Part shown: positions 58,525 through 64,000 of the stretch, one piece after another | How the letters are laid out: each line of letters opens with the position of its first letter | How positions within the stretch are numbered: position 1 is the stretch's first letter | Origin: Dehalococcoidia bacterium | GTDB lineage: Bacteria > Chloroflexota > Dehalococcoidia > SM23-28-2 > RBG-16-64-32 | NCBI GenBank assembly: GCA_963665775.2 | Contig: CAXXTF010000002.1 | Location: forward strand, 1,024,001-1,088,000 | Length of the DNA: 64,000 nucleotides | Direction of reading: 5' to 3' | Notes under the pieces: generated by a model | What the model saw: only the letters and a program-made list of their open reading frames with translations | Database searches by the model: none | Told to the model about the DNA's origin: nothing | Position numbers and translations under genes: made by a program

Positions 58525-59586
58525 ATGGCTTCCTCGATGGACATAAGCGTTGTCCGCCGCCGCCTGGAGGAGAGGGAGGATCAGCTCTCGCCGCAGGCGG
58601 CCAGGAGCTACCAGAGCCGCGGCCGGGAGCGCCCCGAGGAGCCATCGCCGGTGCGGACCGAGTTCCAGCGGGACCGGGACCGCATCATCCACTCCAAGGC
58701 CTTCCGGCGTCTGAAGCACAAGACGCAGGTGTTCATCGCGCCTACCGGGGACCATTTCGTGACCCGCCTGACCCATACGCTGGAGGTGGCCCAGATCGCC
58801 CGGACGATCGCCCGAGCCCTCAACCTGAATGAGGACCTTGTGGAGCCGATCGCCCTGGGTCACGACCTGGGGCACCCACCCTTCGGGCACGCTGGGGAGG
58901 AGGCCCTGGCAGAGCTGCTGCCGGAGGGGTTCCGGCACGCGGAGCAGAGCCTGCGGGTGGTAGAGAAGCTGGAGCGTCTGAACCTGACGTGGGAGGTCCG
59001 CGACGGGATATTGAACAGCTCCAAGGCGCGGGCGGACATGCTGGCCGAAGGGTTCGGCACACCCGCTACCCTGGAGGGGCAGATCGCCAAGCTGGCCGAC
59101 GCCGTCGCCTACATCAACCACGACATCTCCGACGCCATTCGCGCGGACCTCATCAAAGAAGATGACTTGCCACCCGCGGTACAGGAGACGCTGGGTCGCT
59201 CCCACTCCCAGCGGATCAACACCCTCGTATGCGACATCGTGGTGGAGTCCTGGGCAGTCTCCGGCCAGACAGAGGAGAACGCGCCCGAAACCGGGGAACA
59301 CGCTCAAATCGCCATGAGTCCGCCCGTCTCGGCGGCGGCCAACGCCCTGCGGGAGTTCATGTTCCAACGGGTCTACCTGTGGGAGGGACGCCGCGAGGAA
59401 GTGGACCGGGCGAAGCAGGTTGTGCGAGCCCTGCAAAATTATTATGTCGAGCATCCGGAGGAGATCCAGAGCGACTTCGTGATAGCGGCGGACCCGGCCT
59501 GGCGTCGTGCCGCCGACTACGTTGCCGGGATGACGGATCGATTCGCCCTGGCGACCGCGGAGAGGTTGCGAAACGTATTAAGATAA
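58525..59586 (+). CDS. dgt: Deoxyguanosinetriphosphate triphosphohydrolase-like HD protein
   Basis: FQRDRDRIIHSKAFRRLKHKTQVF, TRLTHTLEV, GHDLGHPPFGHAGE, AYINHD, DYVAGMTD. Confidence 0.93.
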   Translation: MASSMDISVVRRRLEEREDQLSPQAARSYQSRGRERPEEPSPVRTEFQRDRDRIIHSKAFRRLKHKTQVFIAPTGDHFVTRLTHTLEVAQIARTIARALNLNEDLVEPIALGHDLGHPPFGHAGEEALAELLPEGFRHAEQSLRVVEKLERLNLTWEVRDGILNSSKARADMLAEGFGTPATLEGQIAKLADAVAYINHDISDAIRADLIKEDDLPPAVQETLGRSHSQRINTLVCDIVVESWAVSGQTEENAPETGEHAQIAMSPPVSAAANALREFMFQRVYLWEGRREEVDRAKQVVRALQNYYVEHPEEIQSDFVIAADPAWRRAADYVAGMTDRFALATAERLRNVLR

Positions 59587-59613
59587 TGACCTCCGAAAGG
59601 GAATCATTCTTTT
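59585..59613 (+). terminator. Possible intrinsic terminator after dgt
   Basis: AATGA-CCTCC-GAAA-GGGA-ATCATT imperfect hairpin followed by CTTTT. Confidence 0.35.
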
Positions 59614-59785
59614 GGCAACCGGACGCAACTGTAACATTTTGCGTTGCCAAGTGTTCTATAATAGGATTGTCAACCTGGCGGGCGGTTACCGCTTGTTTTC
59701 GGTGTGTCCACGTTAGCTTGGGCGAAACAGACACGCGAACCTCAAATGCTACCTCAGCCTGCCCGCATGTAGGGATGCGAGAGTC

Positions 59786-61726
59786 ATGACGGAAGTCGAA
59801 GACGTTAAGGCGCGGCTGGATATAGTGGATGTCATTGGCCAGTACGTCCAATTGCAGCGGGCGGGCCGCAGCCTCAAGGCCCCCTGCCCGTTCCATAGCG
59901 AACGGACGCCTTCGTTCATCGTCTCGCCCGAACGACAAAGCTGGCACTGCTTCGGAGCCTGCGGCGCCGGGGGCGACGTCATCTCCTTCGTGATGCGCAA
60001 GGAAGGGCTGGAGTTCCCGGAGGCGCTGAGGCTGCTGGCCCAGCGAGCCGGGGTGCCCCTGCGCGAGCGCCAGGCCTCTGAGCAGGAGGACCGGCAGCGG
60101 GAGCGGCTACGGGCCGCGAACGAGGCCGCCGCTACCTGGTATCGGCAGCAGCTGCTGAGCGGCGATCCGGGTCGGGAGGCGCAGCAGTACCTGGCCGGGC
60201 GCGGCATCGACGGGCCTGCGGCGGAGGCCTTCCAGCTAGGATACAGCCCGGCGGCCTGGGAGGCGATGCGTAAGCACCTGGGGGAGCGGGGCTTTAGCGA
60301 CAGCGAGCTACTGGCGGCCGGACTCCTCGTCGAGGGCGACTCGGGGCCGCGCGATCGCTTCCGCGGTCGCCTGATGTTCCCCATCCGGGATGTCCGGGGA
60401 CGGATTACCGGCTTCGGAGGGCGGGCCCTGGACGATACCCTGCCCAAGTACCTAAACACGGCTCAGACCGCCATATTCGACAAGGGGAGCACCCTCTACG
60501 GTCTTGACCGGGCGGCGGAGGCGATTCGACAAGAAGGTGAAGCCGTGATCGTGGAGGGCTACATGGACGTCATAGCCGCCCACCAGCACGGGTTCACCAA
60601 CGTGGTGGCCGCTATGGGCACAGCGCTCACGGAGCGACAGGTATCGCTCCTGAAACGGCACGCCCGGAAGGCCATAGTCGCCCTGGACCCGGACCTGGCG
60701 GGGAGCGAGGCGACGCTGCGGGCCCTCTCCCTGCACGTGGAGATGGGGACGCGAGCGCAGCCGTTTAACCCTAGCCCCGCCTCGGCCAGCGAGGAGGAGT
60801 TCCAGGAGGACCTCTTCCGGATCCAGCGCGGCGTCGTGGCGGGGAACGTGGAGGTAGACGTCGAAGTGGCGACGCTGCCCCCCGGAAAAGATCCGGACGA
60901 GTTGATCCGAGAGTCATCGGAGGCGTGGCGAGAGCTGGTGGACTCAGCGAGGCCGCTAATGGAGTTCTGGTTTGAGACGGCCGCCAGCAGGCGGGACATC
61001 TCCATCCCCAAGGAGCGCTCGGAGTTGGCGCGGGAGCTGCTGCCCGTCGTGGGAATCGTACGGGACGCGGTAGTGCAGGCCCACTACCTGCAACGGTTGT
61101 CGAGGCTGGCCCTGGTGAGCGAGGGGGAGCTGGCAGCGATGCTGGCTGCCCAGCGCCGGGGGACGAAGCGCGGTGCGCCCGAGAGGCCAGGCCGCGCGGT
61201 CGGCACGGCGGACGCCCGTGGTAATACCAAGGAGGAGTTCCTCCTGGCGCTGCTATTGCAGCATCCTCAGTTGAGGCCGGAGGGGCTAGCGCTAGAGGAG
61301 GAGCTGTTATGGGAGAGCGAGAACCGGCAGCTGCTGGCTATCTGGAAGCGCAGGGAAGGGATAGAAGCGGTAAAAGGAGCACTGCCGGATGAAATACTGC
61401 CCCACCTGGAGCGTCTAATAAATCACAGGCTCCCTTCTTTCGGACCCAAGGAAGCCCGAGACGCGTTTGCCGACTGCCGCCAGCGGCTACAGCGACGCCA
61501 GCTTATGGTGGAGAAACAGGCCATAACGGCGCTACTGGCGGCCCGGGAGGAGGAGCTGGGGGCCTCGGCGCTGGCGGAGGCGGCAGTGTCCGCGGCGCCG
61601 GAGGACGAGAGTATGCGGGAGGTTGTTAGCCTCCACATCCGGGATATGGAGGCAGGACTAAAGTTGCACCGAAGGGAGAGGAGTGACGGCGGCGGCGAAT
61701 CCGTCGAGACAAGCATCGATGGTTAA
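59786..61726 (+). CDS. dnaG: DNA primase
   Basis: [63 protein letters not shown]. Confidence 0.97.
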   Translation: MTEVEDVKARLDIVDVIGQYVQLQRAGRSLKAPCPFHSERTPSFIVSPERQSWHCFGACGAGGDVISFVMRKEGLEFPEALRLLAQRAGVPLRERQASEQEDRQRERLRAANEAAATWYRQQLLSGDPGREAQQYLAGRGIDGPAAEAFQLGYSPAAWEAMRKHLGERGFSDSELLAAGLLVEGDSGPRDRFRGRLMFPIRDVRGRITGFGGRALDDTLPKYLNTAQTAIFDKGSTLYGLDRAAEAIRQEGEAVIVEGYMDVIAAHQHGFTNVVAAMGTALTERQVSLLKRHARKAIVALDPDLAGSEATLRALSLHVEMGTRAQPFNPSPASASEEEFQEDLFRIQRGVVAGNVEVDVEVATLPPGKDPDELIRESSEAWRELVDSARPLMEFWFETAASRRDISIPKERSELARELLPVVGIVRDAVVQAHYLQRLSRLALVSEGELAAMLAAQRRGTKRGAPERPGRAVGTADARGNTKEEFLLALLLQHPQLRPEGLALEEELLWESENRQLLAIWKRREGIEAVKGALPDEILPHLERLINHRLPSFGPKEARDAFADCRQRLQRRQLMVEKQAITALLAAREEELGASALAEAAVSAAPEDESMREVVSLHIRDMEAGLKLHRRERSDGGGESVETSIDG

Positions 61727-63284
61727 CAAATTTGAGAAACAGAAAGAGCGGCTGGACCGGCGCCAGCTCCGGGGTCGTCTGGCAGACGACTTGCTGGAGG
61801 ACGTAGTCGATGAGAGCGAGAGCGAGAACGAGAACGAGACGGAGGAGGCACCAAGAGTATCTATCGAGCCCGATGGCGACGTGGTGAAGGAGCTCCCGCC
61901 GATATCGCGTGCGACCCCTCGCACGCCGCTGGACATAGAAGAATGGGGAGAACGGACACCGAAGAAGCTGGCAGAGGAGGCGGGGGTCGTCGAACTAGAC
62001 GATCTGGAAGAGGGGGTAGACGATCCCGTCCGCATGTACCTGCGGGAGATCGGCAAGGTAAGCCTCCTGACCGCACAGGACGAGAAACGTCTGGCCCGCG
62101 CTATGGAGGACGGAGATTACATCCGCCGCATCGAGAATCTGTACATCGAGGAGCGGGGCCGACGCCCACGCGCAGCCGACGTGCTGGTGGTGCTCCTGAG
62201 GGACCTGTACGACCTGCGCAAGACCGTTAACATCGTGACTAAACAGCTTGGTCTAAAGCGACTACTGGTCTCAGATCTCATCACCAACGAGCAGCTCCGG
62301 GGGGTCGTGGACGGAGAGATAGACCTGGAAATGTCGGCCCACCTCGTCTCGCTGCTGAAGATCGAGGAGATGGATGCCAACCGGCTGCTGGTGCGGACGT
62401 CCATAGTCACGCACATCTTGACGCCGGACCTGGTGTCGTGGGCAGCCGAAGCGACCGGCAGCGAAAAGAAGCTCCTGCCGCCGGCCGACGATCTCGCGGA
62501 CAGACTCACGAATCGCGAGGGCCGGATTACAGCCCACTTCCAGCGGCTAAAGAAAGAGGGGCTCCAGGCCGAGAAGCGGCTGACAGAGGCGAACCTCCGT
62601 CTGGTGGTTAGCGTAGCCAAGAAGTACATCGGCCGGGGGATGTCCTTGCTGGACCTGATCCAGGAAGGGAACATCGGCCTTATCCGGGCAGTAGAGAAGT
62701 TTGATTACCGGAAAGGCTACAAGTTCAGCACCTACGCCACCTGGTGGATTCGACAGGCCATCACCAGGGCGATCGCCGATCAGGCGCGGACGATCCGCAT
62801 ACCCGTACACATGGTGGAGACGATCAACAAGCTGGTGCGGGTGAGCCGTCGCCTGGTGCAGGAGTACGGCCGCGAGCCGACCAGCGAGGAGATCGGCAAG
62901 GGGCTGGAAGTGGGGACGGAGAAGGTGCGGGAGATCGTCAAGGTATCGCAGGAGCCGGTTTCGCTGGAGACGCCGATAGGGGAAGAGGAGGACTCCCATC
63001 TGGGAGACTTCATCGAGGACCAGGGGACGATGGCGCCGGCGGAGGCGGCCTCGCACCAGCTGCTAAAGGAGCAGGTGCAGGAAGTCGTGGGCAGCCTCAC
63101 ACCCCGCGAGCAGAAGGTGCTCGTCTTGCGCTTTGGCCTGGAGGACGGCCGCAGCCGGACCCTGGAGGAGGTAGGCAGGGAGTTCAACGTGACACGGGAA
63201 CGGATTCGGCAGATAGAGGCGAAGGCGCTACGCAAGCTACGTCATCCCAGCCGCAGTAACAAGCTGAAGGACTACCTGGAATGA
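61719..63284 (+). CDS. rpoD: RNA polymerase primary sigma factor
   Basis: [76 protein letters not shown]. Confidence 0.97.
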   Translation: MVNKFEKQKERLDRRQLRGRLADDLLEDVVDESESENENETEEAPRVSIEPDGDVVKELPPISRATPRTPLDIEEWGERTPKKLAEEAGVVELDDLEEGVDDPVRMYLREIGKVSLLTAQDEKRLARAMEDGDYIRRIENLYIEERGRRPRAADVLVVLLRDLYDLRKTVNIVTKQLGLKRLLVSDLITNEQLRGVVDGEIDLEMSAHLVSLLKIEEMDANRLLVRTSIVTHILTPDLVSWAAEATGSEKKLLPPADDLADRLTNREGRITAHFQRLKKEGLQAEKRLTEANLRLVVSVAKKYIGRGMSLLDLIQEGNIGLIRAVEKFDYRKGYKFSTYATWWIRQAITRAIADQARTIRIPVHMVETINKLVRVSRRLVQEYGREPTSEEIGKGLEVGTEKVREIVKVSQEPVSLETPIGEEEDSHLGDFIEDQGTMAPAEAASHQLLKEQVQEVVGSLTPREQKVLVLRFGLEDGRSRTLEEVGREFNVTRERIRQIEAKALRKLRHPSRSNKLKDYLE

Positions 63285-63290
63285 GAAGGG

Positions 63291-63623
63291 ATGCCGATGA
63301 AGATCCTGGTGACCGTTGAACGGGATGACGATGGCAAGTTCCTCGCCGAGTGCCCTTACTTGCCTGGCCTCATAGGCAAGGGGGAGACATCCGAAGAGGC
63401 CCTGGCTAAGGTCCAGAAGGCGATAGAGGACTCTGTCAACAAGCGCCGGCAGGATGGGCACGACCCCGCTCTCGGAATAACCGGACCATCAGACCTGGTC
63501 GACATGTCTGACGAAGCCATCGCGACCATCAAGGAGTCGATAGAAGGCCTCATCCAGGCGCGCAAAGCGGACGGGCTCCCTACGGCAGACCTCGAGGTCA
63601 CCGATATAGAGGTAACGGTCTAG
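63291..63623 (+). CDS. HicB-family antitoxin-like protein (no adjacent HicA)
   Basis: VTVERDDDGKFLAECPYLPGLIGKGETSEEALAKVQKAIE. Confidence 0.75.
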   Translation: MPMKILVTVERDDDGKFLAECPYLPGLIGKGETSEEALAKVQKAIEDSVNKRRQDGHDPALGITGPSDLVDMSDEAIATIKESIEGLIQARKADGLPTADLEVTDIEVTV

Positions 63624-63682
63624 CCCGGATTTACGGAGGATAGCAGCCCTTATCATCGAAAAGTGGAGGCTATGAGAAGAGG

Positions 63683-63907
63683 ATGCCGCTTTACGAGTAC
63701 TTCTGCCCAAAGTGCGAGAGTAAGTACGAGCTGTTGCGGCCCCTGAGCCGCATGGACGAGCCAGCCGTTTGTAAGGCCGGCCATACCAGGGGCGAGCGGG
63801 TGCTGTCTATGTTCGCCGTGATGACCAGAGGGGGCGACGGCGAGGTGAGCTCCGTGGGCGGTTGCGGCTGCGGCGCCGGCAATTGTGGCAGCTGCGGCCT
63901 GAACTGA
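63683..63907 (+). CDS. FmdB-family zinc-ribbon protein
   Basis: MPLYEYFCPKC..ELL..C..ERVLSMFA with a Gly/Cys-rich tail. Confidence 0.85.
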   Translation: MPLYEYFCPKCESKYELLRPLSRMDEPAVCKAGHTRGERVLSMFAVMTRGGDGEVSSVGGCGCGAGNCGSCGLN

Positions 63908-64000
63908 CCACTCGCGGCCCTGCTATCGAAGCGCACCCCGACGTCAGGCTCGCAACGTGACTTCGCCGGCCACAACCGTCACCCTGGACTCGTCCGCTCG

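Overview
A GC-rich (about 65-70%) bacterial chromosome segment. It most likely comes from a Chloroflexota (Dehalococcoidia-like) organism, inferred from the long GWFST-type PurN, DUF3090, the AroK-AroB fusion and the DnaG/RpoD style. From about 14 kb onward it is mostly housekeeping: pyk, infC-rpmI-rplT, pheST, moeA, aro genes, mltG, ruvX, alaS, dprA-topA-xerC, efp, xseAB, cmk, plsC, glmS, ppsA and dgt-dnaG-rpoD. The left end is accessory: a CBS protein, an FprA-type reductase, an orphan ABC binding protein, a decayed IS3 element and a two-component pair whose kinase has two nonsense codons. The strongest candidate system is a compact ceramide/sphingolipid operon at 9049-12469 (serine palmitoyltransferase, bCerS-type GNAT acyltransferase, CerR-type reductase), facing a flippase-like membrane protein and a PAP2 phosphatase. 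Other notable signals: a promoter- and U-tract-bounded ~113-nt structured RNA (16703-16815); an HPRT fused to a PD-(D/E)xK-like domain and a repeat-expanded Arg/Gly-rich disordered tail; a low-GC, divergent patch inside alaS; short palindromic repeats inserted in frame in aroK, alaS and topA; a GlmU reduced to its acetyltransferase half; and a duplicated-domain surface protein cut by a TGG-to-TGA change. No rRNA, tRNA or CRISPR array was recognised. All assignments come from reading motifs by eye; no database searches were run.
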